In this document: piece after piece, positions 1 through 12,939 of the stretch
Position numbering within the stretch: position 1 is the first letter of the stretch
Layout: every line of letters begins with the position of its first letter
Assembly: GCF_009914755.1 (NCBI RefSeq)
Contig: NC_060926.1
Strand: one strand, 5' to 3'
DNA from: the human T2T-CHM13v2.0 reference genome, Homo sapiens
DNA length: 64,000 nucleotides
The notes under the pieces: model-generated
The model's input: the letters and a program-made list of their open reading frames with translations, nothing else
Database searches by the model: none
Told to the model about the DNA's origin: nothing
Made by a program: the position numbers and the translations under genes

Positions 1-260
1 AGAAAACCAAATACTACCTGTTCTCACTTACAAGTGGGAGCTAAATGAGAACACATGGGCAAAAAGAGGGGAACAACACACCAGGGACTACTTGAGAGTG
101 AAAGGTTGGAGGAGGGAGAGGATTAAAAAACTACCTATCAGGTATTATGCTCATTACCTAGGTTACAAAATAGTCTGTAAACAAAACCCCCATGACATGC
201 AGTTCAACTAGAAATCTGAACATGTACCCCTGAACCTACAATAGGAGTTAAAAAAAAAAA
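1..260 (+). mobile_element. L1 3' UTR end (older L1PA/L1PB type) with poly(A)
   Basis: Starts AGAAAACCAAATACTACCTGTTCTCACTTACAAGTGGGAGCTAAATGAGAACACATGG, ends CATGTACCCCTGAACCTA followed by an A-run at ~250-260; runs off the window edge. Confidence 0.85.
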
Positions 261-689
261 CACATAGCCGGCTTATAGAAGCACTGCAGGGGCATAAATC
301 TCTCAGAAGCCTGTTGAGCTGGAGGATGCATGCTGATTCACGTGAATTCTGGAGTTTGTGATGCAGGTGAGAACATTTTTAAAGCAGGAGGAGTTCAGGA
401 GTGTTTGTTCCTAGGTGTTACATGATTAGGCAAAGAGAATTTAACACAAAAAACTCAAATGGAATTGGTAAGTAACTGAATCATGGTTCAGGTAATTTTT
501 TTAGAGCCATTTTGATGAGACTAGGAAGTTCAGGTAAAACAGGCCCTCCCTCCTTAGTGGTTACGGAACCACAAAAGGCGATCCAGTCTGAAACGTGGAA
601 AAGCAACTGAAAAATAACTTGGAAACTGAAAAATAAATATTACAAAATCTAATCAATTTGCATACAAGTGGCTTCAATGCTATTATTTT

Positions 690-1920
690 ATCCAGCAAAT
701 GAATTATTTAGCACCTATTTTGTGCAAAGCTCCTTCCAGGAAGTCAGAGTTCAGCACTGGACATGACAGACATGGTTTCTATCCATTATGGAGCTTAAAA
801 CCTTGGGAGATGTCAAACGTGGTAGGCTCAAAGTATGGTCTCCCAAATATGGCCACATCCTGATCCCCAGAGCCTGTGAATATGTTACCTCACATGGTTA
901 CCTCACAGACATGATTTCATTAAGGATCTTGAGATGGGGAGATGATCCTAAATTATCAGGTGGGCCCAATGTAAGCATCAGGGTCCTTATAAGAGGAAGG
1001 CAAGAGGATCAGAGTCAGAGAGAGAAGATAAAATAGCAAAGCAGATGGCAGGGAGGAGAGGTGTTTTGCTGCTAGCTTTGAATATAGAGGAAGAGGCCAT
1101 GAGCCAAGGAATACAGGTGATGTGTAGCAGTTGGACAGGGCAAGAGGGTGGATGGATCCCTTGCTAAGGCCTCCAGAGGGAGCATAGCCCTGAGACAGCC
1201 CTTGCTTTTGACCCACTGAAACTCATTTTAGATTTTTGACTTTCAGACCTGTAAGATAATACATTTATGTTGTTTTAAGCCAGTAAGTTTGTGGTAATTT
1301 TTTACAGCAGCAATAGGGGAAAATAATACAAAAAATAAGCAAATAATTATCTGAAACCCTGTATCACTATCGTTGTGATTGGTGCCATGAAGGAAAAGCA
1401 GAGAATCCCATAAGGAGACATAACAGAGGCCGAACCTAAGATGGGCTGAGCTAACTTCCCTCTATTTCGCTTTTTCTGGAGGAGGCCTAGGGTGAAATGA
1501 CCAGGAGAGGTTGGGAGTGCTGTGCTGAAGGCAGAACAGCCTCAGCAAGGCTGTCTGATGCCTAAAGGAATCTGACACAGTGGAGGCTGGGGGAGAAGCG
1601 GCACAGTGAGCAAGGGGATGGAATGGATTCTGGAGGGCTTCGTGGCCTGCAGAGATTTTAGACTTCATCCAAAAGGAAGACGCAGCCACTGAAGAGCTGT
1701 AGTAAGTGGGTGCCAAGATCAGGTTTGTGGTGTTTTTAGATCATTCTGGCTGCTCTGTGGGGAATGAATCTGAGAAAGTTAAAAGCAGCTAAGGAGATAC
1801 GGATGAAGACCATTGAATTCCTCAGAACATAGGATGATTACAGAAGCTTAGACAAGGGTGGTGATAAGGAGGGAAGCAGGTCTATTTTGGAGGGGGACTC
1901 TCTAGGACCGGTGATTGATT
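690..1920 (-). mobile_element. L2 LINE 3' fragment interrupted by the MLT1 LTR
   Basis: CAGCAAATGAATTATTTAGCACCTATTTTGTGC (antisense L2 end); degenerate L2 continues after 1330 (GATTTTAGACTTCATCC...AGATCATTCTGGCTGCTCTGTGG). Confidence 0.6.
819..1330 (+). mobile_element. MLT1D-like MaLR solo LTR
   Basis: GTGGTAGGC...CCTGTGAATATGTTACCTCACATGG...GTGGTAATTTTTTACAGCAGCAATAGGGGAAAATAATACA. Confidence 0.85.
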
Positions 1921-2599
1921 GATTGAATCAATAATTCTTTTTTTAAAATGGCTAATCATTATGTGACTCTATCATGTTTATGAATCCTTCTGTTAACATT
2001 TGGGATTTGTCCAGTTATTTGCTATTATAAATAGCTTTGCTATCAATATTCTTGTACAACTCTTGTTATGAATATATATTTTTATTTTAATACCTAAAAG
2101 TGAAACTGCTTGGTCACGAAGGAGGTGTATATTCAGCATTTTAAGAAGCTGCCACACTGTTCTGAAGTGGACAGTTTTACACCCCCTTTGGTGATTTATT
2201 GGACAAGAAAAAGCATAACAAGAAAAAGTCGAGTGGGTTCCCTTGAACCAAAGAACAACATGCTGGAACCTTTAACCAGCTCCCTATGTTTTGTGTGTTT
2301 AGGCAGACAGGTGAAGATAAAGCCTGTCTTTGACGTGTCTATGAGCACGTCCCCGGAGAGTCAAAATCTCGTTTCCTTGGGTAGAGGAAGCTAAAGATAG
2401 TCTCCTAAATTGCCATCAAATTTTCTGAAGAATTTTGGCCTTTTGCTTTCTTTACATAAGTTTAATCTTAAGCTATGTATATAATATGGATAAGTTATAG
2501 CCAGTGTTCAGACTACATTGCACAAAAACAATAAATAAAATTAATTCAATAATTTTCCAGCATTCCCCCTCTTTTGTCACCCTCCATATGAACGTTGTC

Positions 2600-2745
2600 A
2601 TGAAAAGAACATAGGCTTTGGGGTGAATTAAAACTCACTGTAGTCCTAGCTCCAGCTCTTACTTGCTGTGTGATCTCAGGCAAGTTACTTAACCTGAGGC
2701 ATTTTCATCCATTTTCAAACTGGGTATAATAATGCCTATTTTGCT
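2600..2745 (+). mobile_element. MIR SINE
   Basis: CTTACTTGCTGTGTGATCTCAGGCAAGTTACTTAACCT core. Confidence 0.75.
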
Positions 2746-2749
2746 TACC

Positions 2750-3294
2750 AACTTAAGGAGTTTTGGGACTGAAACGATGGAGTTTTCTTTTTTCTTTTTT
2801 GAGACAGTGTTTTGCTCTTGTCACCCAGGCTGGAGTGCAATAGCATGATCTCAGCTCACTGCAACCTCCGCCTCCTAGGTTCAAGCAATTCTCCTGCCTC
2901 AGCCTCCTGAGTAGCTGGGATTACAGGCACCTGCCACCATGCCTGGCTAATTTTTGTATTTTTTAGTACAGACGCGATTTCACCATGTTGGCCATGCTGG
3001 TCTTGAACTCTTGACCTCAGGTGATCCACCCGCCTTGGCCTCCCAAAATGCTGGGATTATAGGTGTGAGCCATTGCACCCAGCCAACAGGGTTTTCTAAA
3101 TATACAATCATGTCACCTGCAAACAGTTTGACTTCCTCTTTTCCTATTTGAATACCCTTTATTTCTTTCTCTTGCCTGATTGCCCTGGCCAGAACTTCCA
3201 ATACTATGTTGAATGGGAGTGGTGAGAGAGGCATCTTTGTCTTGTGCCGGTTTTCAAAGGGAATGCTTCCAGTTTTGCCCATTCAGTATGATTG
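2750..3294 (-). mobile_element. L1PA ORF2 (RT) internal fragment, split by an Alu
   Basis: Minus-strand translation [47 protein letters not shown] matches L1 ORF2p RT. Confidence 0.85.
2788..3084 (-). mobile_element. AluS (Sx/Sq-like), full length
   Basis: T-tail, GAGACAG...CAGGCTGGAGTGCAA...CTTGACCTCAGGTGATCCACCCGCC...CCCAGCC. Confidence 0.95.
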
Positions 3295-3385
3295 ATTGAT
3301 TAATTGATTGACTTATCTCTTTCTCTCTTTCTTCTTTCTTTTTCTTTCTCTCTCTTTTGCTCTTTCTCTCTCTCTTTCTTTCTTT
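3295..3385. repeat. (ATTG)n followed by a CT-rich low-complexity tract
   Basis: GATTGATTGATTAATTGATTG followed by TCTCTTTCTCTCTTTCTTCTTTC. Confidence 0.8.
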
Positions 3386-3611
3386 CATGGTTGTCATTGT
3401 AGAGATCTTTCCACCTCCTTGATTTTATTTTATTTATTCCTGAGCATTTTATTTATTCTTAAGTATTTTCTTTATTTTTGTAGTTATTTCAAATAGGGTT
3501 ACTTTCTTGATTTTTTTCAGCTAGTTTGTTATTGGTGTATAGAAATGCTACTGATTTTTCATATTGATTTCTGTATCCTGAAATTTTGTTAAATTTTTTT
3601 TATTAGTGGCT

Positions 3612-3922
3612 TTTTGTTTGTTTTGTTTTGTTTTCAGAGACACGGTTTCATTCTGTCACCTAGGTGGGAGTGCAGTTGTATGATCATAGCTCACCTGCAG
3701 TCTGTAACTCTTGGGCTCAAGTGATCCTCCCACCTCAGCTTCCCAGGTAGCTGGGACTACAGGTGCATTCCATCATGCCCAGCTAATTAAGAAAAAAAAA
3801 TTAGTAGAGATGGGGGTCTCACTGCATTGCCAGGCTGATCTTGAACTCCTGGGCCCAAGCAATTATTCCACCTTGGCCTCCCAAAATGCTGGGATTATAG
3901 GCATGAGCCATTGTGCCTGGCT
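3612..3922 (-). mobile_element. AluJ
   Basis: ATGATCATAGCTCAC...GGGCTCAAGTGATCCTCCCACCTCAGC (J-type diagnostics), diverged. Confidence 0.92.
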
Positions 3923-4183
3923 ATGAATTCATTTATTAGTTTTAAGAGTTTTTTTGTGGAGTCTTCAGGTTTTTCTAGATATAAGATGATGTCATCTTCA
4001 AACGGGGACAATTTGACTCCCTCTTTTCCAATTTGGATGCCCTTTTTTCTTTCTCTTGTTTAACTGCTCTGGCTAGGACTTCCAATACTATGTTGAAGAA
4101 GAGTGATAAAAGTGGACATCCTTGTCTTGTTCCAGTTCTTAAGAGGAAATACTTTCAGCTTTTCTCCATTCAGTTTGCTGTGA

Positions 4184-4542
<359 letters not shown>

Positions 4543-6064
4543 TTGTTGAGTGTTTTTATCATGAAGCAATGTTGAATGTTATCAAATGTTTTTTCTGTGT
4601 CTATTAAAATGATCATATAGTTTTTGTAATTTTTCCATTGATGTTATACATCACATTTATTGGCTTGCGTGTGTTAAACTATCCTTGCATTCCTGCAATA
4701 AATCCCACTTGATCATGATGTGTTATTTTTTTGGTGTGCTGCATTCAATTTGCTAGTATGTTGTTGAGAATTTTTGTACCTATGTTCATTGGGGATATTG
4801 GCCTATAGTTTTGTATTTTTTTGTTGTGTTCCTATCTGGCTTTACTATCGGGGTAATGCTGGCCTTGTAGAATGAGCAGAAAGAAGTCCCTTCTTTTCAA
4901 TTTCTTGTAATAGTTTGAGAAGAATTGGTTTAGTTCTTCTTTGAAAATTTGGTAGAATTCAGCAGTAACACTGTCTATTCTTGGGCTTTTCAAGATTTCT
5001 GTTTGGTTCTTTTTTATGACATCTATCTCTTTGATAGATGAATTTGAATGAATTGAGTTTCTCATTCAGATAATGAAGTGTTTTCCTGATTTCTTTGTAT
5101 TGTCTGTATTCTTTGTATTTCACTGAGTTTCCTTAAGATCATTATTTTGAATTCCTTTTGAGGCATTGTATAGATTTTTCTTTTCTTGGGGTTTGTTACT
5201 GGAGAATCAATATGTTCATTTAAAGTTGCCATGTTTCCTTGCTTTTTCATGCTTTCTCTGTTCCTACATTGATATCTGTGCATCTGGTGTACCAAACACT
5301 TCTTCCAATTTTATTCAATAGCTTTTGTAGGGAATGACTTTTTCTTATAGATCTATCTATAGTGCCAGTTGAGTAGGGTGCTTTGGCTTTGGTTCTGGGT
5401 GGGTGCACTAGTGTGGTCTCCGTATAATTTCTTCAGCTATAATCAATATCAGCAGTGTCCTGTGATTTCCTCAGTAGTTTAGGTTATGGTTTTTGTGAAG
5501 GCTATGACAAAGCTTTTCTGGGGATGGGAACTCTAGGCAGGCCAGTTTTGGGTCCCTGGGGCAGGAGAATGCAAAAGCACTGACTGGGCAGGTCCTCAGT
5601 CTCCCTTGCAGCCCATGTGGGGACCAGTAGTGGTGGCAGTGACCCAGATGGGCTTGTCCTTGGGCCCCCAAGCAGAGCTCAGGGGCACCACTGGGGAGTG
5701 TTTTGCTTGCAAAATTGTAGAGACCATATTTCACCAAACCAAATAATACAATTACATCTGAGACTCAAACTTCAGAAGCTAATTGCTCCTAGACTATTTT
5801 AAATAAGAAAACTGAGGTCCCAAGCTACTAGTAGATGCTCATTCTCTCCCCAGTGAGAAGAACAGAAGTCTTGTCTTAAATTACACTATAATATGTTCTG
5901 TATGCCAATTGTCTCCAGATCTTTCCCATTCCTATTTTAGCCTCCAACTTTGCAACTTCTGGCAAAGAAATTCCCCCTCCTCATCACTCATCACTCACTC
6001 AACAGAATTCTTTCTGTAAATTGTCCCTCAAACCTTCTCAACAAAAGAGAAAGTGTTCTAGTTA

Positions 6065-6181
6065 GGGGTATCATTTCAAGTAGATTTTGAGAATTAAAGA
6101 GGGGGTGCCAACAAGAAAGGACATTGGGACAAACAGGCTTAAGCCCGAACTGTCCCTATAAACCAGGATGTATAACCACTG
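6065..6181. mobile_element. Degenerate hAT-Blackjack MITE (MER94-like)
   Basis: GGGACAAACAGG...ACTGTCCCTATAAACCAGGATGTATAACCACT resembles the MER94 terminus. Confidence 0.45.
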
Positions 6182-6475
6182 GTTTGGAAAGCTAAATGGG
6201 TCTACATAATTCAGCAATGGTGGAAGGACTGTGGAAGGTAGACTTACTAGAATGAGAGCTGAATATATGGAACTCAGACAAAGCAGACTGTAAGTTTCAA
6301 GGGAGTTTTGAAAGTTTACAAGACAATGATGATCTTAAGTAGCTTTGGCTTATAAGAAAATTGGAGCAGTGAGGAAAGGGGATGTTAAAAAATGTCTTGG
6401 TGAATTACAAATTGATTCTTCTTTGATTACTCTCTTACTTAGGGAATAAGAGTACCTTGTGTTTAGGAAAGGGAG

Positions 6476-6897
6476 TATAGCTAGTTCAATGATGATTTGC
6501 CCCCAAAGATACATTAAACCAGAACCTGTGAATATAAGCTTATTTTGAAAAGGGGTCTTTGCAGATATGTTAGGGTCTCAAGATAACATAATCTTGGGTT
6601 ATCTGGGTGGGCCCTGAATGCTATGACAAGTATCCTTATAAGACAAAGGCAGGTGGGGAGAAGAAAGCCATGTGAAGACAAGGCAGAGATTGGAGGTCTA
6701 CAGCCACAAACCAAGGAATGCCTAGACCCACCAGAAGCTGGAAAAGACAAAAACCTTCTCCTTTAGAACCTTCAGAGGGAGTGAGGTCCTACAAACACAC
6801 AACTTCAGATTTCTGGCCTCCAGAAAATAAATTTATATTGCTTTAAAGCCACCCAGTTTGTGGTGATTTGTTACACCGCCACAATAAACTAATTCAG
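6476..6897 (+). mobile_element. MLT1B/C-like MaLR LTR
   Basis: AGAACCTGTGAATATAAGCTTATTTTGAAAAGGGGTCTTTGCAGAT...AAGCCACCCAGTTTGTGGTGATTTGTTAC...AAACTAATTCA. Confidence 0.85.
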
Positions 6898-8864
6898 AGT
6901 GGGAGGTAGATGGAGCCCATAAATAAAACACTGTTGTTAAGTGGGCCTTTGGGTAAGTGTGGAGAGGCAATTAATATATAGGTGTGGAAAGATGTAACTG
7001 GGTATGAATTACTGTGAAATTACAAGTAAGTCCAGGCAGAGTGGGATCCAAAGGCAGAGGCGAGGAAAAGCAAAAATTATCTATGAGGCCAGCTCCCCTT
7101 GTAGGACTACTGCAGGGGTGACCCCAGGACAGCTTTCTCATGCTGCTTTCATTATCCACCCAGTTGGAAAACAAAATCCAGTTAGAGATTAGGAGAAAGC
7201 TACTTCCTTATCTCTCCTGCAGGTTCCATAAATACATGCAACTTCTTCATTTAGTTCAGGCTCATTACCAGTAGAGCAACCCACACAATTCAGTTCTTTT
7301 AATAATTTTTCTCATTATTTTTTGTTCTCTGTTTTAGTTGTCTCATATTTCTTCACTTCTGTCAACCAGTTCCTTGGTTATACATTTTTCTTGTCATTCG
7401 CCTTGGAAAAACAAAACTAAACAGCATAATTAGTATTGCTTATATGAAAGATGTGACTTTTAGGGGGAAAAATTGCTATGGATTGCTGATTCATGTTGTA
7501 AACATCTTTGACTCCTTTGAGTGTACTGTATTTCTGGTCCCCACAGGGACCTTCGTGGGGTCCACAGGAGCTCTGACTGTCAAGAAATGGTGACTCAACC
7601 ATGGCTGCAGCAGAGCAATGTAGATGAGGGGCATAACTAAGACCAGGGCTACATCACACCAGAGTTTGTGTTGTAGAGAGAAGCCTGTTCTCTGCAATGC
7701 TTTACAAACTGGGTATCTATATTTAAGCTTTTAAATTCAGGATATTAAAAAGAAGGTGTGTAATTCTGAAAAAAAATGACAACTATTTGAAATACAATCT
7801 TTTTAATCCAACGGTACTTGATGTTTGAGTATAATTTTCCTCTACAGAGTCTAAAAAGAATGTTTTCTGCATGTGGTTCTTGAACTACACCCCCTCTCCC
7901 CACTCCCCTGCTGCCCTCCAGCATCAGGAGATCAAACATCTAAATTTGGCTCAAGAAATTAAAATTGGGTTTTGAATGGAGAGAGGTAGTACAATGGAGG
8001 TAGTTAAGACCCCATGTTTTCGACGGAAATAATCAGTGTTTTCAAGAGCAAACATTTTCCAGCTCTATGTCTTGGTCTATATGGCATCAGGGCTGTTATG
8101 ATCAAATGAGAAAGTATAATATGCAAGAACCAGGCAGACAGTAACTGCTTACTAATATATTCATTTTAACAAAACTGGGGTGGGATTTCTACACAGCGTG
8201 GAAGGGAAAGTCACTTCTTTTTTCTTTTTGAAGTCATCAATTCTATGGTTTAAGTAGTTCAGAAAAATTAGGCTGGGATCACAGCAGCCCCTTCTGGGCT
8301 CTTTGCTTCACAGCCCTCCTGTTCCACTGGGAGGACGTGGCTCTGCCCACTTTGTGCCAGCCTTCAACCATGGGCCTCTAGGCTGAGGTTCCCAAGTGTG
8401 ACCTGGTGTCCATTCTCTCCAGGTATATGTGCACCTATCCTTATTTGAGTTCCTTCCACCATGGTGCAGACCTATGCCCTCCCAGAGCCTAGAACAGATC
8501 AGTCTTTGAAGTCCTTTAAGCCTGAGAAACACCTCTAGACAAACCAGTCCAATGGCTTCAAGGGTTCAGAATTTAAAAAAATAACAGCTTCTCAATTCTC
8601 TCCTGGATCCAGGGAAGCTTAGGCCACTGGACACAAATCCCTGGCCACCTTCCAAGAGACAGAAAGAGAAAATACTGTTTAATCTTTCACAAATGGCCTG
8701 CAAGAGAGAAAACACAACTTGATTCATGTTTTGTTTAACCAATTAGCATTCCAATGTTCAATAGAGAGGCAGCATTGCAAGGTTCTTAGAAGCCTGGACT
8801 AGAAGCCACACTTTCAAGGTTCAAGCCCTGATCCACCACTTATTGGAAGTCTGTTCTTGGAGCT

Positions 8865-9096
8865 CCGGTTGCCAGATAGAATACAGGATGCCCAGTTCTG
8901 TTTGAATTTCAAATAAACCATAAATAATTTTTAAATATAAGTGTATCTTAGATGTTGCATGCAATATTTGATTTGTTAGCAAGAATTTGTGAGCAGACAA
9001 TATATGTGACATATTTTTACTAAAAGATTATCAGTTCGCATTCTGAAATTCAAATTTAACTGAGCTTTATTTTTATTTGCAAAATCTGGCAACTCT
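8865..9096 (+). mobile_element. MER53 hAT MITE (palindromic)
   Basis: TIRs GGTTGCCAGAT...ATCTGGCAACT; internal arms TTTGAATTTCAAA and CTGAAATTCAAA. Confidence 0.85.
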
Positions 9097-9182
9097 TACC
9101 TTGTACAAGGCCTTTAACCCTTATAGACCTCACTTTCCTCATCCACAAAATGGAGATAAAAATAGTATTTTCTGAGTATCTA

Positions 9183-9473
9183 GGCCAGGTGCAGTGTCTT
9201 ACACCTGTAACACCACTACTTTGTGAGGCTATGGCAGGAGGACTGCTTGAGGCCAGGAGTTCAAGACCAGCCTGGGCAATATAGTGAGACCCTGTCTCTA
9301 CAAAAATTTTTTTAAAGAATAGCTGGGCATGGTGGCATGCACCTGTCATCCTAGCTACTCAGGAGGCTGAGGTGGGAGGCTCTCTTGAGCCCCACAGTTT
9401 GAAGCTGCAGTGAGCCAAGATCATGCCACTGAACTCCAGCCTAGGTGACAAAGTGAGACTGTCTCTAAAAAAT
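9183..9473 (+). mobile_element. AluJ
   Basis: GGCCAGGTGCAGTG...GGAGGACTGCTTGAGGCCAGGAGTTCAAGACC...TTTGAAGCTGCAGTGAGC. Confidence 0.93.
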
Positions 9474-11358
9474 AATATTTTCCTCTAAGTATTCAGCTCA
9501 TGGAGTTGTTATAAGAATTCAGTGTATTAGTATTTGTAAAGTGCTTAGAGCAGGACTTGGCAGACAATAGAACTAATATTTGTTAACAAAATAAATAATC
9601 TGACCGACCTTTTTTTCGAGCTGTCAATACATGCTTTACATAAACAACTGTGCCTTGTTCTAGAGAATGAGGGATTGAAATCTCTCCCAGAAACAATGAT
9701 GGCAACTATCTTCCAGCCTCCTTTTTCCCTTCCCACCGTAGTGTAGGCTGTTAATTTAGACAATTGTTTACACCCACCCCCATTCTCGTCCTTCCCATTA
9801 CCCCAGTGTGAGGGTAGAACGGCGTTTAGGCTGGCAGATGGTAGATAAAGGGAGTGGGAGGAGGGAGGTGAACCCTCAGCTGCATGCATGCCCCCACCCT
9901 TGTCACCACTGCTGCCCCTCCCACTTGTCCCTCACAGAAACCACAGGCTCCATTCCATCCCTCACTCATCTCACCCCCTCCCCAAACAACACACAAGCAC
10001 GAGAAGCTCATGATGGACTGAATGCCCATGGAGTCAATGCCTTTGTCTTTTCCTAAAGGGTCTTAAAATGGGGAGTGGGTGGAGGGCGAGGAAGGAAGAA
10101 TGTGGAGTGGGAAGGGCGCCTTCGTCATTCAGAACCGGCTCCTGAGCCACATCTTTTTGCGCCATGTGGTTTTGTCTTCATGTTAATAGCACACGAGCCT
10201 ATTGTGAATCAACAGCACAGCATCTTCTGCAGGAACCTGCAAGGTCAGACAGGTGCGCCTTCCAGTAATGTCTCTCTAGGCAACTGGGATCACTTGGCTT
10301 CAGGGACGGATTCTGTTTTATTCTATGTTTCTTGTTTTTCCCCACAGTGGAGAACTAGAACTGGAAAAAGTACAGTCAAAGACAGGAAGTCAAGAGGGAA
10401 GTTGAAAGGCTGCAAAGCAAATATTTTGCCGTTCCCTGGGTTGTGCCACAAGATAGGATATGGGTGCCACCAAGGTTAAAAGGCAAATAAGTGCCACTCT
10501 GGGAACAGACCAGCACATGGCTCAAGGTCACTGATGACAAACAAAGCGCACAGCAGCCTCAGCATTTACTTAGAGCAAGAGACGAGAGAGTGCTCACGGA
10601 AACATCCTGCCCCTTAAAACACCTCCGTCCCCGATGGCGGGTGGGTCTACTCGCAGCCCGTGAGGGCAGTGTTGGCTGCACGTACCCTATTGTGTGCTGC
10701 AGTAGAAAGACTCCAGCTTTCCCCTGTGAGCTCTGACATGCAGAAAACTGGGGGCACATCTGAGAGCCATTGATGGACGCATTTACTTAAGCAGAACAAA
10801 GGAGTACACAATGGGTCCAAACAGGGAAAATAACTTCCACACCAGGTGGCAAGCCCAGCATAGGTGGGTGGGCTCCTTAGCTCTTGGTAAAGAAGTGTTC
10901 CCAGCCCAGAGCTCATTCTTATGTGGCCAACTAGGGATCAAAAGACTGCACACACAAGACTGCCATTCTCAACAATAAGAAACAAGACCCCCTTGTCAGG
11001 AGAAGGTGAAACCACTGGAAAAGGAGAAAGGAAAGTGTGTGTTAGTTACTAAGTCTTCAGAGGATAAAAAGAGAGGACAGCCAGACTCAGATTCTAAGGA
11101 ATTCAAATCAGCACAGGTCCCAGCAATCCTCCTTCTGACTATTCATGTCCCCAGACTCTGAAAGCCACATTCAGCCTACACTCCTCAGTCTCTGGAACTG
11201 CAAGAAGACTCTCTTCCAAACTGCAGGAACCATTCAATGGCTTAGAGGTGGCAGAGTTTCTGCCTTCTCAACCTAGAATCTATGGTCCCACCAAGAATGC
11301 TTCAGCAGGAGGAAGAGAGAGCATGGTGTCCCTGTGCTGCACACATATGGTTGTCCTG

Positions 11359-11811
11359 GTATTCTGGTTAAGTACTGTTACATTAAAAATCACCCCAAAA
11401 CCTAGAAGCTCAAAATAACACACAATTCTGCAGGTTGTCTGGGTAATTCTATTCTTTGTGGTGTCAGATGGTTGTAGTCATCTGGAGGGTCTACTGGAAC
11501 TCAGTGCTATTGGTGGGGGGTTTCAGTCCTATTCCATATGGGTTTCTCCACATGGCTGCTTGGACTGCCTCCCAGCATGGTGGTTGGGTTCAAAAGCAGT
11601 ATTCCAAGAGTGAGAATATCAAGATGGAGAAAAGAGAAACTTTTAGGTCAAGGAAGGGCTGGAACTAGAACTGGCACAATATCACTTTCATCATATTCAA
11701 TTGGTTAAAATAGTTATATATCATCCCAAGTCAAGTTGAGAGGTGATTACACAGGGCATGAATACTGGAAGTCATGGTTCATTGGGGGTCATTAAAGGAA
11801 GAGTCTACCAC
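11359..11811 (-). mobile_element. MLT1F/H-like MaLR LTR
   Basis: AAATCACCCCAAAACCTAG...GGCTGCTTGGACTGCCTCCCAGCATGGTGG...ACACAGGGCATGAATACTGG...TCTACCAC. Confidence 0.7.
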
Positions 11812-12249
11812 GTGTATTTTAGGTTTCCAGTACCCCAAACCATATTCTGCCTCAGGTATACTATTCAATTCAACACCTATTCATTGAATATATTCAACTC
11901 ACTAATACTGTTTTCTTTGAAGGGGAGGTTGTTTCTACCTTTAAAGAGATCACAGTTTAACAGGACAAACAGGTATACAAATTCCAGTAAAAGGCATAAT
12001 ATGAGCCCTTGTTATTTAGATAAATCAGAAAGGGATTTAATGGAGGAAAATGTTGTTTTGAGAATTATGAGAAATTTTTGTGGAACATCTTGAGAATGTG
12101 TTTTGGATATTGTGAACCACTACAAAAATATAAAATACTGCCATTGTTAGTGTTGTTACTGTAAAATTACTGCCTCTTCAAAAACTGTTTAGGGGCTTCT
12201 GTGTCCTTTAAGTCTAATGGGCCAATCTATTCACTTCTTAAGGGGATAC

Positions 12250-12460
12250 TGGTGAGTAGTTTGGGATCCAGAGTCAGCTCACGTGGGTTAATGTCCTAGC
12301 TGTGTGACTAGACAAATTACTTAACCTCTCCATGCCTCAATGTCATGACCCTAAAGTGAAGAGAATGATATCTTCTGCATAAGATTTTTGTGATTTAATG
12401 TGTATGAGGTACTTAGAATGATGCTTGTCACATTTTAAAAATGCTCAATAAGTGTTCATT
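12250..12460 (+). mobile_element. MIR
   Basis: CTAGCTGTGTGACTAGACAAATTACTTAACCTCTCCATGCCTCAAT...ATGCTCAATAAGTGTT. Confidence 0.75.
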
Positions 12461-12475
12461 GTTGTTGAGGATTAT

Positions 12476-12939
12476 TATGGGCTGGCTCATGCCTCTACCC
12501 CCAAAGATGTTCACATTCATAGGAACCTATGAGTATGGTACCTTACATGGTAACAGGGACTTTGCAGCTGTGATTAAAGATCTTGAGATGAGGATCTCAA
12601 TTATCTACTGGATAATCTAAATTATCCAGTAGGCCCAATGTGTATTCACAAGGGTCCTTATAATAGGGAAGCAGGAGGGTCAGAGAGTGAGATGTAACTG
12701 TGGAAGCAGAGCTTAGAGTAATGGAAGGAAGGGGCTGTGAGCCAAGGAATGCAGGCAGCCTCTAGGAGCCTAAAAAGCAAGAAAAATATTCTACCCTAGA
12801 GCCTCCAGGACTATATCCCTGCTGACCCATTTTGGACTTCTGACCTCCAGAACTGCAAAGCAGTAAATCCATGTCATTTTAACCTAGTCATTTTTTTTTT
12901 TTTGCTACTCGGTTACAGCAGCAACAGGGAATTAATGCA
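12476..12939 (+). mobile_element. MLT1D/C-like MaLR LTR
   Basis: CCCCCAAAGATGTTCACAT...GGGACTTTGCAGCTGTGATTAA...GGTTACAGCAGCAACAGGGAATTAATGCA. Confidence 0.85.

Larger units (their letters stand above)
8765..9590 (+). mobile_element. MIR split by MER53 and AluJ
   Basis: GAGGCAGCATTGCAAGG...; CCTCACTTTCCTCATCCACAAAATGGAGATAAAAATAG; TGTAAAGTGCTTAGAGCAG. Confidence 0.7.

Noticed and set aside
8962-9002. Extra ~40 bp in MER53 sharing GCAGACAATA and ATTTGTTA(G/A)CAA with 9560-9591
   Set aside because: The matches are only 10-15 bp in AT-rich DNA, too weak to call another templated insertion.
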